The notes under the pieces are model-generated. The model ran no database searches. It worked only from the letters and a program-made list of their open reading frames with translations, and was not told the origin of the DNA. A stretch of 64,000 bases of DNA, from NCBI GenBank assembly GCA_002633005.1, contig NMRA01000572.1, positions 112,809-176,808 of the forward strand. Direction: 5' to 3'. Both the position numbers and the translations under genes were made by a program. This document shows, piece by piece, positions 27,625 to 41,090 of this stretch. Position 1 is the first letter of the stretch, and every line of letters begins with the position of its first letter. This DNA comes from Phoronis australis (Eukaryota; Animalia; Phoronida).

Positions 27625-27858
27625 CTTTCTGATACGTTGCTTTATACACTGTTCTCCATAACGATGAGAGGATTTGTTTTTAAAATGTTAAAAGATTTTG
27701 CATGTGTTGGTAGCATGTGGTTTTGAATACCAAATCTATAGATAGATTCTCCTGTGCATCAGAAAATATCTTTTTATCATGTTCTTTTCACAGAAATATC
27801 AGTTTTTAACATTTGTTTTTCTTTAGTTGGGTAATTTTTCAAATAGTTAAGTACATAA

Positions 27859-28091
27859 AAGCACTTCTCATTTAAAAAGGGACTTTCCCACTTTGTCCGA
27901 AACTGAAATGTAATATTACAATATAGATAAATATCAACATTTTGTCTTTAAATTTGGTTTGTGATCAAGAGGGGGTAATGATCGATTACAAACCAAACTT
28001 AAAGACAAAATGTTGATATTTATCTATATTGTAATATTACATTTCAGTTTGGAACAAAGCAGGAAAGTCCCTTTTTAAATGGTAAGTGCTT
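27859..28091. repeat. 233-bp near-perfect palindrome (foldback/MITE-like)
   Basis: Arms of ~105 bp (aagcactt...aagggactttc...aaactgaaatgtaatattacaatatagataaatatcaacattttgtctttaa and reverse complement) around a ~20-nt spacer. Confidence 0.93.
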
Positions 28092-28128
28092 AATTAAGCA
28101 ATTGTTTACGGAAACAGTAATTTGTATG

Positions 28129-29587
28129 TTTTTTATGCACCCAAATATTTATATGTGGGTGCATATTGCTGTCATCACCGTCTAAGCATCCAGCTTCACA
28201 TCCAGCTTCACATCCAGCTTCACATCCAGCTTCCACAGCTGTATTTCTTAAAGCGTCACAGGATCTTAATGAGATCTGGCAAATGTGTTCAGATGAAGAT
28301 GACGACAAATGATGAATTTTGGACCGATCTTACTACCACTGTGCTTGCTAGTGGCAATTTTTTTCAGTTTTCTCAGTGTCTGTATAATTTTTGGAAGAAT
28401 TTTCATGAAATTTTGCAAATAAGTTTGTTAAGGAGACTATGACACCTTTCTATATTAGGATGGCTATTACGATTCTGCGCAACCTAGTGGCCATTTTTGA
28501 AATTTTCAAGTCAGTTTTTTAGTGAGAGCCTTTCTATGTGTCAGACCGCTTGAAGAATCATTATGAAAATTGGCGAGTGTTTTCCTAATGAGGAAATCGC
28601 GACGGGTTGATTTTCGGACGATTTTCACATCTCTGGCACTGTCATGTAGGTTCTTAGTTTGAAGAGGATGGTTGACAATGATTTTGCGACGACTTCGACT
28701 ACTGTGGCATCTCCTGGTGGCAGTTTTTTTGCAGCCATAGCTGTATCTCCTAAACCCACCACAGGATGTTCGTTAAATTTATCAAGTGTTTTACATCAAT
28801 TTGACAACGGACGATGACTTTCTGACTGATCCAACGAACGGTGTGCCCTCTGGCAGCAATTTATTTTAATTGTTTCGTTTTCATGTTTTTTGGAGTTCCT
28901 ACACGGATTATTATGCAATTTGGTAAATAGATTTCTATTAAAGAAATAGTGACATGTTCCCGTTTTTCGGTGGGATTTGACATATTTTGTGCCACATGGT
29001 GGTCATTTTTGTTGTTATTGATCCTGTTTTTTTGCCATATGCTTCTTTATTCGCCAGCCCCTTTATTCGCCAAACCACTGTAAGGATAATTATGAAAATT
29101 GACATATGTGTTCCGACTGAGAAAAGGGTGGCTTACAATGGTCTTTATACAGATCCAACTACAGTGGCTCCTCCTGGTGCCAGTTTTTATGCACCCACAT
29201 ATTTATATGTGGTCGCATATTGCCGTCATCTCTGTCTGGGCGTCTGGCTTCCGGCGTCTGCGGCTGTATCTCCTTTATATAACCCTTTTGAAGGATGTTT
29301 GCGAATTTGGCTTCTATAGAGATGGCAACAGATGACAATGACCAATCAGACTATAGCTGTGCCTCTTAGTGTAAATTGTTTTTCTACATTTGCCTCTATA
29401 TCTTTGGAGTTCCCTTGGTTATGTTCAAGAAATAGGGCAAATAGTTGTGTTTTTCAGAGAGGATGCCACCTTCCCAATTCAGATGGGTTTGAAGCATTGT
29501 GCGCCATCTAATGGCCATTTCTTTGATACTAAAACGCCCAAAGAAGCACACTGTTTGCGATAATGCCGTGCTATGCATTGCTCTTGT
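28129..29587 (+). mobile_element. Degenerate HINE family A copies (heads at ~28129 and ~29185)
   Basis: ttttatgcaccca.atatttatatgtgg..gcat head with short inverted repeat, short tandem repeats, CTAGTGGC-type monomers, end ctcttgt. Confidence 0.7.
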
Positions 29588-29731
29588 ATGTAATAAGAGA
29601 AAAGAGTAATCCAGTTGGCCAAGCGTAGAACAGTTTTGTGAATTGATTGCTAATTTGAAAGACATGCACGAGTAAGGAATGTTTGAGCTTTGGATATGAA
29701 TTTATATGACCAATTGATCTTTTTTCTGCAG

Positions 29732-29944
29732 GAAAGTTCAATTTTGAATATAGGTACCGGTAACAAGAGTTGGTGGCTTGATCATGGAATCGGTTGCACA
29801 GTCACAGATGTCCTCAACCAATCAACAACAAGCAGCATGGCTACTGGCACCCGCTATATCCCTCCCGAGGAAGCAGTCACTGGGTGTCTGCTCCGATATT
29901 ACTACGTTGAAATTATACACGCTGGAATCCAGTGTTTGTTAACA
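29732..29944 (+). CDS. NKAIN: NKAIN coding exon 4 (ESSILNIGTGNKSWWLDHGIGC...GCLLRYYYVEIIHAGIQCLLT)
   Basis: ctgcag acceptor, gtaagt donor, 213 nt, phase 0/0. Contains the NKAIN SWW..GxGC and GCLLxYxYVExxH motifs. Confidence 0.95.
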
Positions 29945-30071
29945 GTAAGTGGTGCATTGTGTAAGGTTTGCTATGTGCGCATCATTCAGGTTGGTGGAGG
30001 AGGTGGTATCATTGATGGTAAATGTAAAGCCAGCCGCACACAAAGTAGCAGCTGCCGTGTGACCAATCTGT

Positions 30072-30317
30072 TAGTGGCCTTGGCTACATGACAACTGGTG
30101 AGCACACAGTGCTGCTTCATAGTGGCCTTAGTTACATGACAACTTGTGGGCACACAGTGCTGCTTCATTGTGGCCTTAGTTACATGACAACTGGTGAGCA
30201 CACAGTGCTGCTTCATAGTGGCCTTAGTTACATGACAACTTGTGAGCACACAGTGCTGCTTCATAGTGGCCTTAGCTACATGACAACTGGTGAGCACACT
30301 GTGCTGCTTCATGGCCA
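30072..30317. repeat. 48-bp minisatellite, about 5 copies
   Basis: gtggccttagttacatgacaactggtgagcacacagtgctgcttcata at 30074, 30122, 30170, 30218 and 30266. Confidence 0.96.
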
Positions 30318-31241
30318 GCTTAACATGATCATCTGACTTGTCAATGTAATTCACTTCAAGAGTACGCATGTCCTTCAAATTGAACGTTTACCTTCTGCAC
30401 GCAAAAAATAAACCAAACCTGAGTGCTGATAATGCGCAATCGATTTTGCATTGTGTGCTCCTGCTTTAAATGATATCTGCTATTACCAAATTAAGAGTTG
30501 ATGTTAACTTAAAAAGCATATTTGGTTCTGGTCTTCGAGTCGCTGGTGTGCTATTTTTAATTACTAGTTTTTTCAAAAAAGAATATCCACCCAAGACGAG
30601 CAAAAATGAGGTGGAATTTATTCTTTTAATCACAACTTATCAAATCATGGCATTCCAAATGTTGCTTGCATTCATTTGTGCAGCTTTTCAACTAAAAAGA
30701 GCAGACTGGCTGAAATTGGTGGGAGCCAGTGTTTTTTTGTGTTGTATTGTTTTGTTTTGTATTATTTTTCTTCAGTCGGTGAGTGCAGGTCTCAAAATGG
30801 GTCAGGGTAGAGACCAGAATAAACTTCGACGTCATGCATAGTGAATAAAACATCTTTGTAAAATCAGATGTTTGAAGTACAAGTACTTTCTGATCTGTTG
30901 GTAAAACATCAGCAGCTGGCTGCAGGTGTGAATTTGTTGTACTTTTTCGAACAACATGATTATTGAATATGCAGATATCTTCCTTTTTTAGGTTATCTCT
31001 CATGTTTACCTTTTATAGAATTAATGATGTTTTGAGTTATAACCATGAACTGCTAATAGAGTAAATACAATTTCACTGTGAATGTAAATGATTTCTTTTC
31101 TTACAATTTGAATAATTATTTCAGGCCATTCATTGTCTGAGTGGTGTTTCACTTTAATTTCTTGTTTGCAAATTAAAGGCACCGTTTCGACCTTCGTCTC
31201 CCAGCTTATCTGTGGCTGTGTAATGTTTTGTTGTGTTTCAG

Positions 31242-31302
31242 CTACTGGCTTTCTGTGCATCCTGTTATGTCATCCACATCTTCACTGAGGAAGACGATAG
31301 CT
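31242..31302 (+). CDS. NKAIN: NKAIN coding exon 5 (LLAFCASCYVIHIFTEEDDS)
   Basis: tttcag acceptor, gtaagt donor, 61 nt, phase 0/1. Contains the conserved FTEEDDS. Confidence 0.94.
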
Positions 31303-31429
31303 GTAAGTATAAATACCATTACGGCAACCTTGCACGCTCTCGCACTATCGAAAGCTCCATCTCTGCCCGCACGCACGACTCCTACCTCTCTCCGGACAAC
31401 TGGCACCTTTCCACCTATGTCTCCTTCAG

Positions 31430-31563
31430 TGACACGCTCGAGTCGACATCCTCGGTCCACTCGTCAATGTGACGTAAACATTGCCATCGATGGCCTTGAT
31501 AGCAGTGCCACTGATAATGTGTCGGTTGACCTTGTAACTGCTCAGGATGACCTTGACACTTAG
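31430..31563 (+). CDS. NKAIN: Candidate alternative terminal NKAIN exon (LTRSSRHPRSTRQCDVNIAIDGLDSSATDNVSVDLVTAQDDLDT*)
   Basis: Pyrimidine tract and AG at 31428-31429 (cacctttccacctatgtctccttcag). Phase 1, in frame with exon 5 after a 127-nt intron. No homology support. Confidence 0.45.
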
Positions 31564-32773
31564 TTGAGTGACACGAACATTGCACCAATGGACTTTTTAA
31601 TGTACTTTGCCAGCATTTGATTGGTTCTTATTGCCGATGTTGGGACGATGGTCACTGAAGATTGTCATTAGATGTTCTGTGAAACCTTGTGTGCAGTGTG
31701 TGATTGCCTTAGCTAGATCTAACTGCATAGACATAGTGTTCTAACTGAGGAGAGGGGTTCACACTTGCAGTGTTGAGGGATGCTTGTAAAGGCTTTGGAC
31801 TTTTTCAGTGACGTTGAGAAAAAATGTGAAGAGCAGTTTTCCAGACCAAGACTTTTATTGCCAAACTACCTCTTTTTATAAAAAAATGTCAAAAATGTTT
31901 GTCAGGAATTTATGCTTTTCTCATATCAAACCGTTTTCTATTTTCTCTATACTCAACTTTAAGACATTCTGTCTGCCTATTTACTTTTAGTTCAGTTCTT
32001 TGTTTTACTTTATTTTAATTTATCCTGAGCACACTCTCAGCTGTAGGTTCCCCTAGGTTACGTGTGGCATTCTCGTTGAATTGTTGTAACATCCACGTTT
32101 TTTTACATATTGAATAACATGCCACCCCCATCTTAATACATGAACCCTTCCAAATGCAGGTGTGTGACCAAGCCAAACCAATATGTTATTTTTATCTCCC
32201 TTGTTCGTGCTTCTTCCTCGAGGAATTGTCCCAGTGTGAGAGTCACATTTTGCGTTTCAACCGCCTTATTTTCCACCAAAGTGTGCACCGTTATGTCGTT
32301 TCCCAAATCTTGGACCCTTGTGATCTCATGTTCTAACAAACACACTTTGTACAAACTAGTGATGGCTTCTTTTGTATGAAGCAGTTCTTCCTCATCGTTT
32401 TCTCTGTACGGCGGTGCCATCTATCTACTTCTTTCTGCACTTCCTTTTTTAAATTTCATCTGATTGTGGGTAAGGTTTAGAAGTTGGTGTCAAGTTCAGG
32501 TAGACTTAAGAACTAAAATTTTATAAATGTGGGTTTAAAGGTGGTGGCTGAACAAACGTTCGCTAAGATGACTAATACAAGCACTTTGTCGATCGATTGC
32601 AACTTGAATTTTCACAACAGATTTTCGTGTGCAGTTTGTAAACCAGATCTTTTTCATCCTGGCACTAAGATTTTGATTTAAAGTTGGCTTTGAGCAAAAC
32701 ATTTTATAATTGGTCGGAAGAGTGAAACCGTTTGGATGACATCGTTAAACTCAATTTCGTGAGTTGTCTGTAA

Positions 32774-32965
<192 letters not shown>

Positions 32966-35900
32966 TGATAATAATGATAATAATGATAATAATCCTTACT
33001 ATTCTTCCATGTGATCTGTACTGACAATGTTCAATCAAACGTAAGGGTGTGTTGAAGAGTGACATGTCTTGGCGGGACCTCAAGGGTTTTTGTGAACACT
33101 CACCATAAACAGCTGAGTGTCCATCATTCTGTGTTACGTGAGCACGATTTTTGCCATCAATGAGTGCCACGCAGCTCCGTGTTGCCATTGAAATTCCACA
33201 TGGAATCGTCTGTGTTAATTCCTGAAACTTTGTTTCTTCACCATAGCTGGTTTTGTATCACTGTGCAGCGAATATTCCAGTTATTATTTCACATGCAGTC
33301 TGAGAGCAAATCGATTCAGAATGCAAGAAACAACAACTGAAAATATGTCACCCTTCAATGATGTCATTGTTATTGTTTGGACTTGAATCAAAAATTATTA
33401 TCACAGTGATGGTTTCTAACATGTGTGAGTGTGCTGTTGGAACAATAGTTGTAATTTTTCTTTCATTACTAACTCTCCCTCTTCTCAGCATGTGTTGATC
33501 GCTTGTCCAATCTAGAGATGTCTCGTCACTGTAGAAATGTGTCACAAAATGTCTTCTTCTCTGGCAGAACAGTTTCACATAAAGGGCACTACCCCTGTCT
33601 TGTTTTTTCACGGCCACTAATGAAGTTTCATATTTCGTCCTAGTTGGTAAGCCAACCCTTAAACGGGGTTGGAAGTCCGCACAGTGAAAGTGTAGAATCA
33701 AGTGCCATACATATAGCTGCACGGAAATCAAGCCCTTCGAAAGAACTTATTCAGTCAAAGATTCGACTTTTTACTTTTCACTTGTCACTCCTCCATTTGC
33801 ATTTTTAACCTACTGGTGAACTCATGAACTAAAGCATTCACTTGGCTCATTGGCTGTCATTCTGGTCACTACATGACGTCATTAGGTCAAAATTGAGGGT
33901 ATAAGATGGCAGACAATTTGATTAGTTGTTGTTAGAGGAAGGTAAGAGGAGGCGAAATATAACCGACAAGACCGTTTGCAGTTTTCTAAATGTCTCAAGG
34001 GAATTTGATTTGGTTAGTACTAACACATTGATTCGGAAGAAGAATTTTCCTCCCATTCTTTTGATTTATATCCATTTCACCAAGTGGTGAAAAGCCTTCC
34101 GCTGGACCTACCTAATTTCCTCCATGCTCTTTGAGGAAGTGTTAGTCTCTCATTTGAATGGGAAGGTGCGTATCTAGTAGCAGGGGTGTCCAGGGGATAT
34201 GGACCCACCCTTGCTTCTGGGGAGTCCAAACCCATGCAAAAACGTGGATCTCTGGCTGTGAGGACATGAATTGTTTTTTGATTCTTCACTGCATTAAATG
34301 ATGTTCTTTGTAAAATTTATTCACCAATGACAAACTATATTCCATATTTTTCTTGCTTTCTGATTTAGATTGTATTTTTCAGCTTGCCTGTGCTTGTTAT
34401 TTTAAGTTGTATTTTCTGAAAACCCTTGCCTGGCTTACTTACCATTATGTCTTTTTATTTTTTGGTTTTAATATTATTCCTGCCTTGGCACTGAGATTAG
34501 GACATGGATTGAATATTATTTAACGTGGAGTGAATTATGTGAGAGGACCAACGGTTCTTATTAAGATCTGTTCTATTTTTAGTACTTGTCTACTCCATGT
34601 TTTGTAAATCCTTTATGCGTTCATAGTTTTGATAAGTATATAGTACAGTATATCTTCACTTATTTTTTGAAAAATATAATTGTCAAAATCATATTTTTTC
34701 TATTTTTCAAAGTGGGATTACCTTGCTGCACATATAAGTGTTGTTGTATGACATCTGCACGCAAACAAAGCAGGAAATTTTCTAAATCTTTATTTCTTTA
34801 AAAAATTGTAAAATTTCGGTTGTCCACCATGTTGCATGATAGGTAAAGAAGTAGTGCACCAAAGAATTGCGTGACCCATGTTTTATAAAGTAATATTATT
34901 GTGTGACCCATATTTTATAAAGTACAATTTTAAGCAAACTCATTTTTGTCAAATAAAAACTTGTTTGCGAATATCAAACTTATTTTTTTAATGTTGACAC
35001 ACTGAAATATTTTCTGTAAAATCTTTTTCTTGATGCTCATACAGTATTGCACATCATTCTTGTTCAGTGGTGACTTGCTGTTTTAATCAGTGCCACTAAT
35101 CACATGACTTACTAGGGAGATTCCAAAGTATTTGTTTTTTCTGTTAAAAGAAAAAATATGGAGTATGCATTGTGTCTCCTAGCTTAGTTGACTCTGCAAT
35201 GGTGAAGATATAACAAAGTCACCTTCTCAGTGGAGTTTAGTGGAGATGGCTTACGTAGAATGTTTTTGTTTAACAGAGAGGACAAATCCTGTGGAATTAC
35301 CCTATAAATGTTGGTGTTCAACTGAACTTATGTCGCAGATTCTTGTTGGCATATAGACCTTACTTTTGATTGCAGTTCATAAATCATTCACTACGGTGGC
35401 GCCACCGGTCACACAAAGCAGTATGGGTAGTATTTTGGAGCTCATTGTGGGTCTGGCGTAATGACAGACTATGGGTTATTAAATAAGTTAAATTTATTCG
35501 ATGTTTTTGGGCTCGAAAAATTTCTTGGAGATTGAGGCCTACCATTTAGCATGCACAAAAAGCAAAAATTAGTTGGAGATTGCTTTGATAGTCTGAAAGT
35601 CTGATAATCTGGAAAGTGGCCACTCTTTGGCTCACCTATTTACTGTTTTCACACCTTCGCGAGATTATTGATTGGCAACAGACTGAAGCTTGCGGTGTCT
35701 GAAATCAGAATGCCAGCTTTCTTACTAATTGAAAACTGACTAAAGATATCTAACTAGTCTTACAGAAAAAGCGGAAGTCACCGAAGTATCAAAATAATAA
35801 TTAAAGTAAATGCTTTTCAGATTTTTAAAATGTTGCCATTTTTAACAAGAAAACAATCCTACGTTGACATCCTAACTGGTTGAGATTGCATATAGGGCAA

Positions 35901-37003
35901 CTCTACTGATTTGTGCACCTCACAATCTGTCGGTTTAGATCAAAGACACCATGCTGTTGCGGTTAATTAAATCACCTCAGGCTGCTGCTTATATAGTTCT
36001 CTAGATAATGAGACCCATCATAAACACATTGGGGGCAACAAAAGTATCTGTAAATTTTTGTTTTGAAAGTTTGTAAATAGCATATTTGAATAGTCATGAA
36101 AGACACATGATTAGGTTTTTGAATTTTGTAAATTGGACAAGAAATGTGACTTTTACAACCTGAATAATCATAATATTATAAATTCAGACAATTTCACTTG
36201 AATCTTTTACACTCATTTAAGAAACGATGTCCGGATTGTAGCGGCGTTCATTTTCTGTACCACTCTCCGTTTAATTATCTCATTACTGAAATTTGATGAT
36301 CTTTGTATATAGTTTTCACACTGCTACATCTGCAAGTGATAGCCAGTCAAAACCTGAGTTGAACATAACTGTCATTTTGGTCACTCAGGTTATTCTAACT
36401 ATACTATGTACTTAGCTTACAGTTGTGTTGCTGCGAATGTCTTGCGAACACCACCATTTTTCCTAGAAACCTTTGCCTGAATCAAAAAGGCAGCAATCAA
36501 CAAAGAGGTCTGTAGGCGGATGCATTTTGAGAACCAGTTTGATGCCCATTATTTTGTGGAGAAAACTGGTTCTCAAAATGTGAACACGTTATATCCAGCT
36601 GTTACCTTTGTGTTTCCTGGTTCAATCCGTTTTAGCTATAGTGAGTATTTAAAAATTCTTTGTCATGTTAATTTGATCTTCATTTTTAACCTTTGCAGGT
36701 TCTCTGCAGGCTGTTTAGTATATGTTGTATTGCAAATTGCCATTTCCCATTCTTTGAAATATTGCTTTTGAAATTTAGTTTGTATGTGGTCAGACGTGTT
36801 GAAAGCATACTCCAATTGCATGCATATTTTGACAGATAGGAAGAAAATTTTATTCTGTAAAAGGAACTTTAAATTTTATAAGCACTTTAAATTACATTTC
36901 CTTGAAGTTGACATGCTGTTAAACCTTATATTGAAAGTACTAACTTTTGAATTAGACGACTACTAGCTATTATGAAACTGGTTTCAACTTGCTTAGTACT
37001 TAA

Positions 37004-38685
37004 AGGAGAATGCCACCCGATTTAATTAGCCTTTTTTGCCGTCTTAATCAGTCCATATCCACATCGCCTCGCATACGGTCGACCTCACCTTCCCAAGAGG
37101 TGTCGCGTTAACCTGTGAGGAAGGTGAGAAACGACGCTAGCGACGTCAGTGGTTCACATGCAGAGTGAATGCCGCTATGTTGTGGTGCATCGTTCCCACT
37201 TGTCCGAACTAAGCAGCTGCGAGGAAAACAGGTATATCGTTTTATTTTACTTCCTCGAGAGTCCGAGATGCTTAGGAAGTGGCTCATGGTAGTGAAGAAT
37301 GAAATGTACGCTGTACATAGCAAGTATGAGGCCGTGAAACATCTCCGTGTCTGGTGACCTACAGATGTCGACAGTGCCTGACGAATGCCGGCTTACCGAC
37401 CAAATAACTCCATACGTTCCGTTGTCTGAGCTTGTTCACGGTGCCTCTCTAGTATTTCTTCATCGCTGTATTCCTGTTCGAATTGATAGCTTGTAAAACT
37501 TAACGATCCACCTGCGAAGTCGGGACTGATGAGCTCTAGCTCGTCCTAAGTCGACATTGCGAGTTGCCATGTTGGCGTTTGTTACTAAGCGTTCTGTTTC
37601 AAAATCATTTATTCTCACCCTAACCCGACAATACTTATATAAAACTGAGACAAAGTCTGTCTCATTAGATGCAATTTGTAATGCCTTTGGAGTGTTCGTG
37701 AGTGCAAATGATTTGAGAAGCCAGCAATGAATAAATCACTGCGTTACCGGCAAAACTAATTGACGGGACACCGAGGCCGTGTGAGCTCTCATGCTAATTT
37801 AGTGTTTGCTGGCAGAAACTGTTGTGAAACAACTCGATTTCCATCCCACGGCAGGTGTTAGGGGAATCTTTATTTACATTTACATTACTCAAATAATGAT
37901 TGTCAATGTACAACTTCTGCCCTCACGGTGCTGTGGCCAAAGCGGAACCTGAATTCGCAGCCCCCGACGAGTAAATAGATTTGCAGTTTCGTGGCTAATT
38001 CACCAACATAATCAGGTGCACATTACTTTGGCTCACTAGTATAGTATTTTATTGACTGGAAGTTTAGTTTCCACTGAACTTTGGCTGGTTTATGTTCGTG
38101 ATGTCTGATCAGTTTCCGAGCCACTGCCGGGCCAGGATAACGAGTCAATCCGGCCGGCCGCGACCGGCCTGATCGGGCTCCGAGCCACTGGCCAGGATAA
38201 CAAGCGTTTTGTGTTTAGAACTCAAAAAATCACAAGTCTAAACAACACAGATCTAGGTTCTCCTGTCTATATCTCACGGAAAATACTTCGAAATTATCTC
38301 TGAACAGACCCCAAACTCCTGCTACGGACCTTATTGGCCCACCGAACTTTGTAGGCTACGGTGTGTCCAAATACCAATAAATCCGTAACAGCGAAATAAA
38401 ATAATACGTTTTTATAAGAACTCGGTGTAGTTTTAAGGGTTTTACATCGAAGTTTGGTAATTTATTGGTGTTAAACGATGACTTCAAATGATAAGCTGAC
38501 ACCAGTAACCCGTGTTGTGAACTGCAGAACAGACTGCGTGTGAAACCGATGACATCATTGGATAACTTCAACACCTCCGTCTGCCGTCAGGTGTCGGGTA
38601 ACGCAACCGTACGTGTTGTTATGGAGTAGAACTACTCGATCTAAATTAATACAAATTAGGTTGTTTTTTTGGGTGGCATGCTCCT
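37004..38685. mobile_element. Non-autonomous Kolobok element (family 1) with THAP (+) and KolX (-) remnants
   Basis: TTAA|AGGAGAATGCCACCC...GGGTGGCATGCTCCT|TTAA. Degenerate THAP at 37169-37352 (MPLCC...PRESEMLRKWL..VKN...HLRV). KolX-like YQFEQEYSDEE on - strand at ~37457-37489. Confidence 0.8.
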
Positions 38686-38689
38686 TTAA

Positions 38690-40131
38690 AGGCAAAGGCA
38701 AAAATTGTTCATGTCATTTTTAGCAAAAGTAAGGTTCGTTGATTATCCCAGACCTATTTTTCACTTGCTTACAGCTTTTCGTAATTTAATTAATTACTCG
38801 TTCTCTACTCCGGAAGTGACGTTTTGGGAGGCAAGAATTTCGCGCCAATTTGGTTCTGCTTTGAGTTTACTGTGAGAATCTGTACTATTTTTGTTTTTGT
38901 GCTGTTTTTCTAAAATTGTCCTCACCACTTTCCATTGGCGAGTATTCTACGACAAGCTAGGTTGATAGAGAACTCAAATTACGTTGGATTTAGGGATTGT
39001 TTAGTTTGTAGTAACCTGAAAATGGCTGGAGTCGGTAACCCATACCACAGTGACAGTAGTGAGACATTGTTCATAGCAGTGGTGATGAGGAATTTTTTCA
39101 CGGGTGGGTATATGTTTGAGCCCGAGTATAATGAGGCAGAGTACGCACACGCAGAACTTGCCCGAGTGTCCCGCGATGCACTCCCACTGGATGGTGACCC
39201 GAGCACCCAAACTGCTTACATCCTGCCGTTGTGACTCCCTCGCCACACACCTGGCACCATCGAAATAGCTCCAATACTTTAGACAAGTCCACAATAAACT
39301 TATCAAAGTTTGGCTCGCAAATCTGTTCATTGAACGACGAACTGTCCTCATCACTGTGTGTCGAACTGGGCCTCATATTCGCTCCCACTACTCAACATCA
39401 CTACAGGGCTGCTTACAGGCACTGGGCTAGAGACAACAGTTCAGGGCGAATCACTGCTAGTTACGGAATTGCACGCTCTGGAGGTAAGTTCAGAGGCACG
39501 GCTGACAGTAGATGAAGCTTTGCCTCCAGTCATTGTAGTGGCCACAGCTCGCGAGGCTTCTTGGTGACGGGGTACTGGTGAGAATCAACAGGGATGGTAT
39601 GGCATCCTTCTTCAGGCGTTGTTTCGAAGGGAACTTCATCAATTAAGCCTACATATCTCTCTCGTAATTTGATGGCAGAAAATACTTGTCACTCAGTAAC
39701 CCTTCACTGCTTTGAACATTGCGTGGACGGGTAACGCTGCGTTCTTCACACGAACAAGCCAAAGACAGCGAAGTGTGTCATCGTTCAGAAAGCGATGCAA
39801 AGGTACTTTCAAAGCACGTGTGAGATGATCATGAGTACATCCTGGTACACAGCAACAGTGTGGCATGTTGACTGACTCGTAAACAAATGCAAAAGCAAAC
39901 GAACGAACTTGTCACAGCTGAGGTAGAACGATGACTGACTCAACAGCTCTCACAGTCATAGTTGAAAAGAAATTGGCGCGTAATTCTTGCCTCCCAAAAC
40001 ATCACATCTGGAGTAGAGGATGAGTAATTAATTAAATTACGAAAAGCTGTGATTAAGTGAAAAATATGTCTGAGATCATCAACGCACCCTATTTTTACTA
40101 AAAATGACATGAAAAAGGGTTGTCTTCGCCT
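38690..40131. mobile_element. Non-autonomous Kolobok element (family 2), internally deleted
   Basis: TTAA at 38686-38689 and 40132-40135. ~160-bp TIRs starting AGGC. KolX 5' remnant (GYMFEPEYNEAEY, +) and THAP-transposase 5' remnant (ATG at 39866, -). Paralog of 55203-56891. Confidence 0.9.
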
Positions 40132-40949
40132 TTAAATTGTATGTGATTTCTGGGCTTGAGAAGAACTGAAGGTTGGTCATTGCTTGAGACCATGATCTGC
40201 ACATATTGGTCTTTGCTTGAGACCATGATCAGCACACAAAATGACTTGCTGGTTGAAGCCAACTTGTTGAGCCTGGTATCAAACTATAACCAGCTAGGGT
40301 TTTCACAAATCCAGAAGTCGCTTTTTGTACGAGTAAAGAACTTGTTGAGACCAGTTCTATAAGTGATCTAAATTGAAAGAAGTGGTGTCAACTTACTGTA
40401 GGTCAGCACCATCTTTTGGTGGCCAGTTTAGTAAGTGAGCTTTAAGGCTTTAAGGAAGTGTCAATAAGTTATAGTTGTGAGTAATGTCATGAAAGGATGT
40501 ACACTGGCTCATAGCTAAAGCAGTTTGACTTAACAGAAACAGTTTGTTTTGTGGTTTGTGTTGATGATTAGTGAGTGGAGAAGATTACTTTTGCTGACCA
40601 TTTGTAATATTCAGTTGAAAACAACGTGGCATTGGTAATTACTTGCTTACAATTGTGTTTACTATGATGGCATTGATAATTACTTGCTTACAACTGTGTT
40701 TACTATGAGCCAGTATAGGACATTTGTAAAACAGCATCCAGGAGTTCAGCTGTTAAATTTCGGTAAGTGTTCTTGTTTTAATTTTTGACAGCCATACACA
40801 ATAAATAATCAGGCAAAATTACCCAGAATTCCACATCATGACAGCCATGTACAAGCAGAATGACAAATTGTGACTAGTCATTACCCATCATAATAGGGAA
40901 ACGCAATGTTGTTTCATGTTAATTAAATGTGTAGAATATAAGTGGGAGT

Positions 40950-41090
40950 GCTGGCGTAACACTGGTCATGATCTGTTGTTTGCTGTGCTGGCATAACACT
41001 GGTCATGATCTGTTGTTTGCTGTGCTGTCGTAACACTGATCATGATCTGTTATGGTTGGTGTGCTGGGGTAACAGTGGTCATGATCTCCT
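40950..41090. repeat. 37-bp tandem repeat, about 3.5 copies
   Basis: taacactggtcatgatctgttgtttgctgtgctggca at 40957, 40994, 41031 and 41070. Confidence 0.9.

Noticed and set aside
27199-27726. Repetitive ORFs (MGSYSYQMWVHIPIKCGF...)
   Set aside because: Artefact of the 23-bp minisatellite being open in several frames.
29986-30378. 16-aa repeat ORFs on both strands
   Set aside because: Artefact of the 48-bp intronic minisatellite.
34181-34258. Tiny CAGGGG...CTG MITE-like segment
   Set aside because: Termini are too degenerate and there is no TSD.
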